A DNA stretch of 44,997 bases from Thraustochytrium aureum (Eukaryota): NCBI GenBank assembly GCA_012862495.1, contig BLSG01000142.1, forward strand, positions 1-44,997. Reading direction: 5' to 3'. Position numbers and translations under genes: made by a program. The notes below the pieces were generated by a model, which did no database searches, had not been told where the DNA came from, and saw only the letters and a list, made by a program, of their open reading frames with translations. Position 1 is the first letter of the stretch. Each line of letters begins with the position of its first letter. Positions 11,001 through 22,349 of the stretch are shown one piece after another.

Positions 11001-14000
11001 CCGGTTAAACTCGTCAAAGCAGCCCCAGGCCCCGGTCTGGCTCAGGCCCTTGAAAATGTCCCCGATCGTCTGGTAGTTCATTTGCCCGCTGCAGTTGAAG
11101 ACGTAGCAGGGCAGGCCGAGCGAGCGCGCCAAGTCCTTGGTCGTCTCTGTCTTCCCGGTCCCTGCAGGCCCGGCTGGCGCGCCGCCAAGCGTCAGCCGAA
11201 GCGCCATGGTGAGAGTGATGTAGCACCGGTCCGTGAGCGGCGTGATGACCAGCCGGTCTACGTTGCCAATGTACTCGAACGAGTACGACGTCGAGTAATC
11301 CGCGATGCGGATGTTGCAGCTCTGGTCCTCGTCCTGCCAGTAGTACCGCAGCTGGGACTGCCAGCCAAAGTCTTCGGGGCTCTCAATGCGTCGACTCAAG
11401 AGCCGCTCCACGACTTCCTTGCCGTGCACGTCGAGCGTGATGAGCGTGATGATCTTGGTGCGGTTTTCCTGTGTCAGCTTGCCCCGGACTAGCTGGATGA
11501 GCGCCTCGAGGCGCTTGTTGCACAAGGCCAAGAATCGCTCGAGCGCGTCTTCCGATCCGCCGTCGATCTCCTCGATTGCAAGTCGGCACTCGTCCGTCCA
11601 AACGACCTGCGAAGCAAGCAAGACAACTTGCGCAGGGTGGTCAAACACCCAGGCCTCGCGAGGTCGGTCGCTCTCCCAGTTCACGGTGCCCGCAAGAGCG
11701 CGGTTGGCCTCGTGCCGCAGTGTTGACTGCATAACCTCGGTGACATCGTTGAGCCAGTGCTCCACAGCGCCAGAGATATGGAATTCGCTGGGAAACGCCA
11801 CCCGTTCTCCGTCGGCGGACACCATCGCGATAGCCGTGTTTGCAATGGCTCGACCCCCGCTCCCCACGAGCCCTGCAGAGCTCCGTCGCTTGGACTTGCG
11901 GCGATCGTCCGGCGAAGACGGAGACTTTCTCCCATTGGCCGCGCTCGAGTGCTCGCCGACGGGAGGCTCCTCCGGCACCGAGAACTCAAGCGACTTGATG
12001 CCGTGAAAGCACGCCTCGAGATGCGGCATGATCTTGACGGGCTCGTTCCCGTTGCTGAGGATGTCGAGGAGCGCCAGGTTGCTCACGAAGTAGAACCTTG
12101 GAAACACCTTCTTCTTCTGCTCCAGGTACTCGTTGAGCGCCTTCTGGCAGCGCTCGAGCGAGACCCACATTTCATGCAGCAGCTCGTGGCGCCCTTCCCA
12201 GCAGCACGCCGTCATCGCGTTTGGGTTCTGGCTCGTCTCGAGCATGAGGGCCTTGAAGGTCTGGTCTAACGCTTCAAACCGCTTTGTGTCTTCCGGGAGC
12301 TCGGAGCGAATGTCTGAGCCGCTGAGGAATATAGTCTCGAGCGACTCCCAGGTCCGCTGCACCCGTAGCCAGAGCAGCAGAGTGGACTCGATACTGCCCA
12401 GCGTGCGCTGCCAGTTGGTCACCCGCTCCCGGAAGTAGTCGACAAACTTGCCGAGGCCCGCCAGAGTCTGCAGCTGGAGTTGGTGCTCTTCTAAGGCGTC
12501 GACAACCGTCTCGGAGGAGGCGATTATCTTGACGTCTGGGTTGCTCGGTTTGTGCGGTACGTACACGAGGTCTAGGCTCACCCACACGTCCTCGATTGAC
12601 TTGAGCTTGCGGTCGATCTTGAGCTCCTTGTTTGCCACCTCGACAATGTCCATCACTTGATCTACGTGGTTGTGCAGGTTGAGCTCCAAGACGCTCTGCA
12701 GCGAGAAGCGCGAATTCTTCTCAAAGTGGGTATTCGTGGCTCCCATGATCTGCTTCCAGTGGCGCTCGCGCATCGCCGGCGAGTGCAGCTCGTGCACCAG
12801 GGGGATCACAGTTGACATGTTCTTCATGCGGCGCTCAAGCTGCTCAAATACGGGCCACTGCTGCACAACGGCGGGGAGTTCGTCGGTCATTTGCCGCGAA
12901 AGCGCCAAGACTTGCTCCTCGAGGGCCTCCGTGTCGATCTGGTCCCAGAGCGTCTCCCGCCAGGAATCGAACGAGAGCGTGACTAAACTGTACATGTCCC
13001 ACACGCGCTTAAGTAGCGACTGTTCCTTTTTGACGTCGTCGAGCTCGCGAGCGCGGCTCGGCTCGAGCTCGAATAGATCCTCGAGCTCGCGCAGCTCGTC
13101 TGCCTCTTTGCAAAACTCCTCGAGGCGGCCGTTGTAGAGCTCGAGTGCCTCGTAGGCAAGGTCGGGGTTGGAGAGCACGTTGCCGTTCTTTCCAAACGGC
13201 GCCTTGGCGAGAAACTCGGCTCGAAACTCCTTGAGTCGCTTGTCAAAGACGGCGGCCTCGGTCTTGATTTTCGAGGCCATCAGGTTCTGTCGGGGTTGAA
13301 TCAGCTCGCGTGCCTTGAAGGCCTTGTTGACGGTGGCGTCCCACAGGGCTGGCGCCCGGTCAAAATACTCGTTGATGTATATGCCGTCGACCTCGTCAGA
13401 GTCGAAGGAGATCCCATGCTTGCGCAACAGCGCCATCGCATCGCCGAGGGGCCCAAACATGGCCTCCGTCGGCGCCATGCGCTTGCGCACGTTCCTGATG
13501 TGCTTCATCACGTTCATGAGGGCCTCGTCGTCGAACCCGGTGGTCTCCACATCGACATCGAGGCCAGCGTGCACCTCGTGGATAAAGCTGCTGAGCCCGC
13601 TCAGGTTGCTGACGACGTGGTCGTGCAAGTACTGCGTAAACAGATAGATCCACTTTGTCACCCAAGTGGAAAGGGCTTGCTTGATTGGCTGCGTGTTGAC
13701 GCGCAGGAACCCGACGTTCTGGGACGGGGTGAGCTCGGCAATGCGCACGCGGAGGGCCTGAAAGTGGTTTATCCTCTCGTCAAACTTGTCCAAGTTGGGC
13801 CGTGTACCTTCGGCTTCGGAGACTCCTTCCACGACCTGTTTTCCAAACACGTTGTTATTGCGCGGCTTGCCCGGAGTCGCGCTGTCCTCTGCGTCACTAT
13901 CGCTGTCGTCCTCGGAAACCGCGGGCGCGTGGAAAGCGGTCTGCAGGAAGGCCGCAAACATAGCCCCTAGGTCTGTCGTCCATAGGTACTCGTACTCGGC

Positions 14001-17000
14001 AAACTCGCCCCGTAGCTTCTCCGCCAGCGTAATAGTGTCGTCCAGGTTGCGATGCACGGCTGCGACGAGCTGCATCACGGCCGGGTCTTGGGTGATCTCC
14101 TTGACGTACGAGCCCGTCGGCGTATCGAGTCGCTTGAAAAGGGCCCCGATGGCGAAAATCGAGTCGATCCAGCGCCCCACCTCGTCGCGGATCCCATTGC
14201 CCTTAGCAGTCTCCTCCAGGGTTGGAGCGAAGAGCACCATGCGGCTGCTGAGGATGAGGTCCACCTCGATGAGCGGCAGCTTGGCTTCATTCTGAATCAC
14301 AGCAAGATCGAGCTCCTTGCTCAGGTAGGCCAAGGATACCTCGGCGGTGCGGCAGAGCCCGGCGATGACCACGTTGTTGACGAAGTCTACGTACGCCTTC
14401 CAGTCCGGGAGCCCCGCGCTCACCTTGAGCTTCTTGACAATCTCCTTCAGCATCTTGTGGATCTCTTTGCCGCCCTCCGTGATGAGCTGACACTTTGACA
14501 GCTGCTCGCGCTTGCAGTTCAGGTTGAACTCCTCCACAGAGACAGCCTTCGCGACGCGGTGGATCATGCTCGACTCTGCCCAGCGATCCATGAGCTCCTC
14601 GGCATGCGTCAGGCTCTCTTTCATGGTAGAGAGAATGTCGTCTGCCTCCTGCACCGTGCTGATCGCCTCGTTGATAAAGGACTCGATCCCGTGGCTCTTC
14701 CAGGTCAGCGTCTTGAGGCCCTGGTTGATCACCTTGTCGATCTTGTTGAGGTGCTGGCGCACCAGGGGGCGCTCCACGGGCAGGAGCGTCGATTTGATCT
14801 TGTTGTACTTTTGCACAATGAGCTCGAGGTTGCCCGTCTCGCGGCGAAACTCCTCCACTTTTTCGTAGATTGCCAGCGCGTTGTCTGGGACTTTGAGGTT
14901 GAGCAGGAGAAAGTATTTGACTTCGCGAAGCAGGTGCACAAGCGCTGGGTCAAAATTAACGGCCAGCTGCTGGGTCTCCGCCTCGTCCTCGATGCGCCGA
15001 AGGAGAGGCAACTTTAGCTTGGAGATCGACGACGCCTCGATGGTCTCCTCCCACGCCTTGACCTTTTCGTTTTCAAATTCGGCGAGGCTTGCAACGAGAG
15101 CAGTGTAGGTTTTGATCACGTCTCGCGCACCTTCGCGGTCAAGAATGGAGGTGTTGAGCTCTCGAAGCTTGGCCATTGGCATGGAGATGCGGTCCAGAAG
15201 GCCACGCGCCCAGGTTAATGCTCCTGCAGTGGGCGGGAGATTGGGCGCAACAGGCGGGTTCTCCCGGCACTCGCCAAACTCTTGCTGCACGAGGGCCAGG
15301 TCTTGGCCGTATGTTAGGAGAAGCGAAAGGTGTTTGCTCTCGAGCTCGTCCTGGATGATGGGGCGCTCAAGGATCTGGTCGAACGAATCGAGGAGCTTGA
15401 ATTTGCCCGTTATAGTGGGGCAGTCGTCGAACCCTTGCGCGAGCACCGAGGCGATTCGACGCTCCAGCTCCTTGGCCTTGACGCGAAACTCGTAAAAGTC
15501 GTCGTCAAAGCGCTTTGCGTCGACATCCATGACATCGTACGCGACTTCCTTGATGGATTGCACGGATCCCTCGAAGTCACTGTGCACTTGGTGCACGGAG
15601 GTGGTCAGCGTTTTGCCTTTGGTGCCCCCGATCTCGATTTTGTTGAGTTTGCTGAAGTGGTGGATCGTCTGCGCGAGATCCAAGAGGTCGTGGCAGCGCT
15701 CTAAGAAGCTGTCCAGGCGCGTGAAGAGCGCCGTGTTTTGCACGCGCCACGGGTTGGTGACGCACTCTGCGTTGGCTCGCGCCTTGTAGTCAAAGTAGGT
15801 CGATTTGAAGCTGCCGATGACGCGAAGGATCTGCTTGATCATGTCATAGGCGCGCGTGTGGTCGTCAGCCTCGATAAGCGCGAAGAGGCGGGGCCCGCCC
15901 ATGAACTTCATGCACCTGCTTATCACCGCGTTGGAGAGCTCGCGCATGAGCACGACGAGACGTGCGATTGTGTTGTAGTGCGGCGAGGTCTTCCACATGA
16001 GCAGGACAAGATGCATGATCGGCTTGAACGTGGTGCACGCCGAGTCTAGGTCGTCGCTCGCTCCAAGCCCGTCGCGCGCCTCGAGCTTGTCCAACCATGG
16101 CTTGAGCGGCGCCAGGAACCGCACGTTGCTGTTGGCCTCCTCACGAGCTTCAAACGACTCTTTGCAGAGCTTGGCAAAAGGCTGGTTGTACGTCGACTTG
16201 GACGCGTCGAGGAACTTGAGAACTTTGCGAACGCGGTCGCTCTGCAGCTGCGCGAAAATAGAGTTGAGGTTTGCCGCCTTGGTCTTCCAAAACTCGAGCT
16301 CGTCGAGCGGCCCAGGGTTGAGCCCTTGCTTGAGCTTGTTCTCTGGGTCCATGCGTAGCACGTTCTTGATCTGTTTGGTCCAGGTGATGAGACAACCTTC
16401 GAAGATGTGAACCCGCTCCTTTTGCTGCATCATGCTGTGCCCTGGCCCGCCCTCTTGGTCCAGCGCGGCCAAGGTCGCCAATGCCGGCGCACTTGCTGTC
16501 ATCTGGCTTGGGCTGCGGCGACCGCCGTTCCCAAAGGCACTGAGAGCCTTTTCCTTGCGAGCCCGAACGTTGTCGTTGCTGTCGCCGCTTTCGTCGGCTG
16601 AGCTGCTCGAGGGCCTCTCCCCGCCATCGCTCGATTTGTTTGCGGGCACCTCCTCCTCCGGCAAGAGGCCCATGTTTGGGAGCGGCAAAAAGGTCTCCCC
16701 GCGCATCAGGCCCGAGGTGATCTGAACGTTCGAGACAAATCCGTGGATGTTGTCCATCATCTCCTTGCGCACGACCTCGGACCATGTCGACTGGTTGCGC
16801 GTGTTGCTGAGGAGCGGCATGAAGATATTTTGCGTCACTTGTTCTAGTTGCTGCACGGGATCCACGTTGCAGTCGCCGACCAGGATCTCCTGGGCGAATC
16901 TATCGTCGCTCACGCGGTGGTCCACGAGCTTGGTGAAGTAGAGCATGCGGCCCTTGTTTTGGTCGGTGGGCGCAGAGTCAACGAGCTCAAGCGCGCCGCC

Positions 17001-17193
17001 GCCTTTCTCGACAACGAAAAGGCATTTTGAGACGTCGGTGTCTAGAAAGCTGCGAAGCGTTCGAGCGTTGTTCTCGTTCGAGGTGAACCCGTCGAGGGAG
17101 TGAGAGCGGAAAAAGTCGGTGATTATCGACAGCACCCAGCCCGCCCTGGCGTCGTCAACGGCCCCAGCTTCCCCCCGTGCCGCCCGGTATCAT
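2095..17193 (-). CDS. ODA4: Axonemal outer-arm dynein heavy chain, beta type (ODA4/DNAH9-11-17 group), about 5000 aa; spans N-gaps 2781-2987 and 8012-8130; start uncertain
   Basis: ORFs 7851..17135 and 2095..7863 join across the 8012-8130 gap (the post-gap frame reads GPYVCARSFDEIQACLEEHLAAYNQSKAKMDLVMF). Four P-loops: GPAGTGKT, GPPGCGKS, GSAGTGKT, GVGGSGKQ. Also GAWGCFDEFNRI, a stalk coiled coil with MTBD, and the C-terminal YVCPVYRT...KWTLANVVLLL. The N-terminal tail (GPLDELEFWK; WRVQNTALFTRLDSFLERCHD...IEIGGTKGKTLT) is beta-type, with no kelch repeats visible. Confidence 0.95.
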
Positions 17194-17697
17194 CGCCCCC
17201 NNNNNNNNNNNNNNNNNNNNNNNNNNNNNNNNNNNNNNNNNNNNNNNNNNNNNNNNNNNNNNNNNNNNNNNNNNNNNNNNNNNNNNNNNNNNNNNNNNNN
17301 NNNNNNNNNNNNNNNNNNNNNNNNNNNNNNNNNNNNNNNNNNNNNNNNNNNNNNNNNNNNNNNNNNNNNNNNNNNNNNNNNNNNNNNNNNNNNNNNNNNN
17401 NNNNNNNNNNNNNNNNNNNNNNNNNNNNNNNNNNNNNNNNNNNNNNNNNNNNNNNNNNNNNNNNNNNNNNNNNNNNNNNNNNNNNNNNNNNNNNNNNNNN
17501 NNNNNNNNNNNNNNNNNNNNNNNNNNNNNNNNNGGTCTGCCTCACAACACGCTGTGGCCGACCTCGAAATCGCACCTTTTTCGTCGAATTTGGCCAAGAA
17601 AAGGTGAGGGAGGAAGGTCGCTAGCAAGCAAGCGAGCTCGCTCGCCGCCGCCGCGGCGCGAGGGCGGCCGGCCGGCTACGAGGCGCGCCCGCCCACT

Positions 17698-17753
17698 CGC
17701 CTGCCTGCCTGCCCACCTGCCTGCCTGCCTGCCTGCCTGCCGGCCTGCCGGCC
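17698..17753. repeat. (GCCT)n microsatellite in the dynein/IFT139 divergent intergenic region
   Basis: cgcctgcctgcctgcccacctgcctgcctgcctgcctgcctgccggcctgccggcc. Confidence 0.85.
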
Positions 17754-17878
17754 TCACCGTGCGAGAACGACCGCGGGGAGGGGAGAGGGCCAGGTTGCCG
17801 TTTCGACCGTTGGTTTGCAATTGCGTTCCGCAGTAACGGTAACTTGAGCAGAGCCAGGCGATAGATAGGTGGAGCAGG

Positions 17879-17919
17879 GCAGAGCTGGGGCGGAGCAGAG
17901 CTGGGGCGGAGCAGAGCTG
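17879..17919 (+). repeat. 16-bp tandem repeat GCAGAGCTGGGGCGGA, about 2.5 copies
   Basis: Units at 17879-17894 and 17895-17910, partial unit at 17911-17919. Confidence 0.85.
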
Positions 17920-18057
17920 CAATTGGCCCTGGCGCTGGATTGGATTGGGGCGTCGAGCGGGCGCTTGGAGCGGGGCTGCGAGAGCCAAGCGACTTGAGGG
18001 CGAAGGCAGGCAGGCAAGCAGGTTGGCAGGCAGGCGGGCCGGGACTGGGCTGCCGCA

Positions 18058-21000
18058 ATGGCGGACGTCGACGCACTCGTCAACTACTTTTGCCGCGAAA
18101 AGCTGTTCAGACATGTTCAGGCGGTGGTCGAGGAGGTCGCTGCCAAGCGCGGATGGGAGGGCAAACTTGTGTTCTGGAAATGCTTTGGACTCGGCATGGA
18201 AGGCCAGGTGAACCAAGCCATTCGCGAGCTCGAGGACCTGCGGCGCAAGCGCGACTTTGAGCTGCCCGCCACAGAGGCGTTGCTCTACTTTCACGCGAGC
18301 GTGGCTCTCCGCGACGATGCCGCCGTGTCCGAGCTGGACCAGACGCGGAAAACAGTCGAAGATCGCGCCGCAGACGCATCGATCATGCTTGCGGCCAACT
18401 TTCTTATGCATATCGGCGAGGCTTCGCGCGCCAAGCGGATGATGGACCGAGTGCTGGAGAAGAACCCGATGAACATCAAGGCGTGCTCCCTCCGAGGGTG
18501 GGTTGACGTCCTCGGCGAGGCGCAGAGCGCGGCTGGCACGTCCGCCTCGGCCTCGCGGCGCGATGCTGGTGGCCGCGGTAACAGCGCAGCTCTGCAAATG
18601 TTCGAGCAGGCACTCAACGCGGACCGCACAGGAAAGAAAGAGCTGGACGCCCTGATGGGCAAAGCGTTCGTCCACACCCAGCAAGGCAAGCACACGGAGG
18701 CTGTCGAGGCTTTGGACCAAGCCATCGTGGCGTACCAGTGGTTTCTTCCCGCTCTTGTTGAGAAAGCAAAGTCGCTCATGATGATGCAGCGCTGGGAGCT
18801 GGCGCTGGAGATGGCTGAACGGGTGCTCCAGAAGGACCCGAGCGATATCGGCTCGCTGCTGGTGGTTGCTACGTACAAACTCACAAACGAGTGCGACCCG
18901 GTGGAGAGCGCCGAGGCGATCCAGCAACTCAGCGACGCGCTAGACCGGCTCGAGCCCGAGAACCCCGACCTCTGGCTTCGCATTGCTCAGCCGCTCGCGC
19001 GCCTCGCAGAGCGCAATCCGGACATACTTCGCAAGACGCTGCGGCTCACAGAGCGCGCCAAGCGCAAGCGGCCTGACAACGCTGAGTTCTCCACCGAGTA
19101 CGCCTACCAGCTGGTCCTATCGAACAAGTTTGACGCCGCATTCGCCGCGTACGAGCACGCCTCGCAGCTCAACGAGTCCAACGGCAACGCGCTGTTCGGC
19201 CAAATCTACTGCCTCGTCAAGCGCGGCGAGCTGGACGAGGCCTCGCAGCAGCTCGAATTCCTCTCCGTACTGCAAGAGACGATCGGCCGCACGGCCCAAG
19301 TGGCTTTCTTGGAGGCCCTTCTTGTGTGGCAGCGCGACAAGGACCAGCGCGCCTCGCTCAAGCTGCTCAACGAGACGGTGCACTTGCACGTCAAGTCCAT
19401 CCAAGCGCAGCGGCAGACCACCATATTCGACCACTTTGTGCGGTTCAACCCCGACTTTATGATGGAGGTGGCGCAAGAATACCTCCAGCACGCCGGGACG
19501 GAGCCCATCGAGCTCAGCGAGGCAGCGCCTCAGTACCTCCAGAACGGCACCAAACTGCTCGAAAAGGTGGTCAAGTTTGTGCCGTGCATGCTGACGGCCC
19601 AAATCGCCCTCGCACAGGCCCGCTTTGTGGCCAACAACCTCGAAGCCGCCGCAAAGGCGGTGCAGCAGATCCTGACCGTGGATCCAAACTTTGCGCAGGC
19701 CCATCTTCTGCTTGCCCAGGTCCAGCTTTGCCGCGAGGAGTTTCAGGCTGCCAAGGCTTCTCTGGAGCAGGCGCTCTCGCACGACTTTGCCATCCGCGAA
19801 TCTCCGAAGTACATGATCGCAAAGGCCCGCACGCTGATGGCCACTGGCGAGCTGGATGAGGCCAAAGCTCTTCTGGAGACGGCGCTGGCCCTCCCGGGCG
19901 TTCGCGTCGCTACCGCTAACGAAGGCGACGTTGCCGCCAGCAGGTCGACGGCGCGTTCGCGCAAACGTGATGCGGACGATGCGGCGCGTCGCAGTGTCTC
20001 TGTGCACGACCGAGTGGCTATTTTTGTCGACTTGGCTGGCGTGCACGTTGCGCTCAAACACCTCGACAAGGCCCGGGGCGTGATTCACCAAGCTCGGCGA
20101 GAGTTTCGCGGGACGCCGGAGGAGGTGCGCGTCATCATCGCCGACTCGGAGATCGCACTGAAGCGCAACGACATCAAGGGCGCTTTGCGCATGCTCAACG
20201 AGGTCCCTGCCGACTCGCCTGCGTTTACCAAAGCGCACATGGTCAAGGCGGGTATCTTGCTCAACAACCGGAACGACGCGGACGGCTTTATCCGCTGCTA
20301 CCTGGACCTTGTTGAGCACAGCCCCACGGCGCACTCGCACTTGCTGCTCGGCGAGGCGTACATGCGCGTCAACTTGCCCGACGAGGCGATCGCAGCGTTC
20401 AAAGAGGCCCTCAAGCGCAACCCGAAGGACTCTGCCCTGGCCAAGCGCGTCGGCAGGGTCCTCGTGTCCACGCACGACTACAGTCGTGCCATCGAGTACT
20501 ACAAGTCAGCCCTGCGCGCCGCAGATAGCGGGTCGGGTCGCCAGTCGCTGCGCTACGACCTGGCCGAGCTCTACTTTAACCTCGGCAAGCTCGGCAAGGC
20601 GGAAAAGGAGCTCCAGAGCTCGCTCAGTGACTTTGACGGCGGCGACGATGAGAGCAAGGGCGGAGAGTTCCACGCCGGAGCGCGCGCCGCTGCTGCGTCG
20701 GTCGAAGACTTGCGCGCCCAGGTGCGTGCGCTCAAGTTGCTGGCCAAAGTAAACGAGGGCCAAAAGCAGATGGACCAGGTGACCGAGACCTTCAACCAGG
20801 CTCGGAGCGTGCAGAGCAGGATCCTGTCCAGCATGCGCGGCTCGACGAGCCCCGACGCGGTGCAGCAGCAAAAGCTCGAAATGGCCCAGCTCTGCATTTT
20901 GCTGGCCTCGCACTTTGAGCACAACCAGCGCGACGAGGAGCAGGCCACAGCGCTTTACAACGAAGCGCTGCGCCACGACACCGGGAACGTGCCCTCCATG

Positions 21001-22161
21001 CTGGCTCTGGCAAAGCTTCACCTGCGCGCGGGCGACCTGGACCGCTGTCATAGCCAGTGCGTAACGATCATGCGAGTGGACGAGCACAATGAGGAGGCGT
21101 CCATGATGCTGGCGGACCTCATGTTTCAGCGCAACGAGTTCAAAGTGGCAATCTACCACTACCAGCAGCTATTGGAGCGCAACCCCAGCAACTTCCCCGC
21201 GCTTGCAAAGCTTGTTTCGCTGCTTTTCAGGGCCGGCGAGCTCGAGTCGGCTGAGCGCTACTTCCAGCTGGCCGAGCACCGCGTCCCGCGCGTCGTGCAC
21301 GAGCCTGGCTTTGCGTACTGCAAGGGACTATTCCACCGTTTTGCGAACGACATCAACGAGGCCGTTTCCCAATTCAACAAGGCGCGACGTGACGCAACCT
21401 GGGGCGAGCGAGCCTTGACCCAGATGATCGAGATCTATCTCAACCCAGACAACGCCAACCTTTGGGAGGAGGAGACATCGGTGACTGACGGGACAGGGTC
21501 AGGAGCGAATTTGGAGGCTATTCGGATCGCCCAGCAACTTTTGGAGGAAGTTCCGGACCAGACAAGCTTGAGCTTTCGCATCCTTGAGTCGTATGCAATC
21601 ATGGCCTCACGCAGCCGGCCGGACGTAGAGAAGGCCTTCCAGCGCCTGGTCGAGATTGTGCAGGACAACCCGGACCACGTGCCCAGCTTGCTGGCGCTGT
21701 CCACCGCTCTCATGATGATGAAGCAGACGCCAAAGGCTCGCAACCAGCTCAAGCGAATTGCCAAAATGCAGTACGACCAGGACCAGGCGGACGCTTTCGA
21801 AAAGTGCTGGCTGCTCCTTGCGGACATCTTTATCGGTTCGGGCAAGTACGATCTTGCTCAAGGTCTCTGCAAGCGCTGCCTCCAGTACAACAGGTCGTGC
21901 GCCAAAGCGTGGGAGTACATGGGCGTCATTATGGAGAAGGAGGCCGCCTACGCGGACGCTGCAGAGCATTACGAGCAGGCGTGGCGCTTTCAGAAGATGG
22001 CGTCGGCCTCCGTGGGCTACAAGCTCGCCTTCAACTACCTGAAGGCCAAGCGCTTTGTGGAGGCCATAGACGTGGCCAACAAGGTCCTCAAGCAGTTTCC
22101 ACAGTATCCCAAGATCCGCAAGGACGTCCTCGACAAGGCGCGCGGCTCGATTCGGGCCTAG
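18058..22161 (+). CDS. IFT139: Intraflagellar transport complex A protein IFT139 / TTC21 (TPR-repeat protein), 1367 aa, no introns evident
   Basis: N-terminus ALVNYFCREKLFRHVQ, TPR repeats throughout, and the TTC21-typical C-terminus (KARNQLKRIAK, WLLLADIFIGSGKYDLAQGLCKRCLQYNRSCAKAWEYMG, VGYKLAFNYLKAKRFVEAIDV...YPKIRKDVLDKARGSIR). Confidence 0.96.
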   Translation: MADVDALVNYFCREKLFRHVQAVVEEVAAKRGWEGKLVFWKCFGLGMEGQVNQAIRELEDLRRKRDFELPATEALLYFHASVALRDDAAVSELDQTRKTVEDRAADASIMLAANFLMHIGEASRAKRMMDRVLEKNPMNIKACSLRGWVDVLGEAQSAAGTSASASRRDAGGRGNSAALQMFEQALNADRTGKKELDALMGKAFVHTQQGKHTEAVEALDQAIVAYQWFLPALVEKAKSLMMMQRWELALEMAERVLQKDPSDIGSLLVVATYKLTNECDPVESAEAIQQLSDALDRLEPENPDLWLRIAQPLARLAERNPDILRKTLRLTERAKRKRPDNAEFSTEYAYQLVLSNKFDAAFAAYEHASQLNESNGNALFGQIYCLVKRGELDEASQQLEFLSVLQETIGRTAQVAFLEALLVWQRDKDQRASLKLLNETVHLHVKSIQAQRQTTIFDHFVRFNPDFMMEVAQEYLQHAGTEPIELSEAAPQYLQNGTKLLEKVVKFVPCMLTAQIALAQARFVANNLEAAAKAVQQILTVDPNFAQAHLLLAQVQLCREEFQAAKASLEQALSHDFAIRESPKYMIAKARTLMATGELDEAKALLETALALPGVRVATANEGDVAASRSTARSRKRDADDAARRSVSVHDRVAIFVDLAGVHVALKHLDKARGVIHQARREFRGTPEEVRVIIADSEIALKRNDIKGALRMLNEVPADSPAFTKAHMVKAGILLNNRNDADGFIRCYLDLVEHSPTAHSHLLLGEAYMRVNLPDEAIAAFKEALKRNPKDSALAKRVGRVLVSTHDYSRAIEYYKSALRAADSGSGRQSLRYDLAELYFNLGKLGKAEKELQSSLSDFDGGDDESKGGEFHAGARAAAASVEDLRAQVRALKLLAKVNEGQKQMDQVTETFNQARSVQSRILSSMRGSTSPDAVQQQKLEMAQLCILLASHFEHNQRDEEQATALYNEALRHDTGNVPSMLALAKLHLRAGDLDRCHSQCVTIMRVDEHNEEASMMLADLMFQRNEFKVAIYHYQQLLERNPSNFPALAKLVSLLFRAGELESAERYFQLAEHRVPRVVHEPGFAYCKGLFHRFANDINEAVSQFNKARRDATWGERALTQMIEIYLNPDNANLWEEETSVTDGTGSGANLEAIRIAQQLLEEVPDQTSLSFRILESYAIMASRSRPDVEKAFQRLVEIVQDNPDHVPSLLALSTALMMMKQTPKARNQLKRIAKMQYDQDQADAFEKCWLLLADIFIGSGKYDLAQGLCKRCLQYNRSCAKAWEYMGVIMEKEAAYADAAEHYEQAWRFQKMASASVGYKLAFNYLKAKRFVEAIDVANKVLKQFPQYPKIRKDVLDKARGSIRA

Positions 22162-22300
22162 GCGAAACAAAACTACAACTGTGTGACCTCGCTTTCTTTG
22201 CCTCAATCTACAAATGGACTTTTTTAAATGCGGGTGCTGGTGCCAAACCGCAGTGGACTTTTTGGTGCGGGTGCGGGCGCGATGCGCTCGATTGCCTTTT

Positions 22301-22306
22301 TTTATT
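22301..22306 (-). promoter_or_regulatory. Possible AATAAA polyadenylation signal for the small minus-strand gene
   Basis: tttatt on the plus strand, about 45 nt past the stop at 22350, in an AT-rich convergent spacer. Confidence 0.3.
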
Positions 22307-22349
22307 AATTCTCGAGTTGCAAAGTTCAAATGCGAGTCTGGAGCCAAGT

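Noticed and set aside
17573..17606. Inverted repeat CACCTTTT...AAAAGGTG
   Set aside because: An 8-bp stem is expected by chance. There is no transposase, target-site duplication or second copy.
17793..17843. X-box/RFX-like half sites (GTTGCC, AGTAAC, GGTAAC) between two ciliary genes
   Set aside because: They do not form a properly spaced palindrome, and RFX factors are not expected outside the opisthokont/amoebozoan side of the tree.
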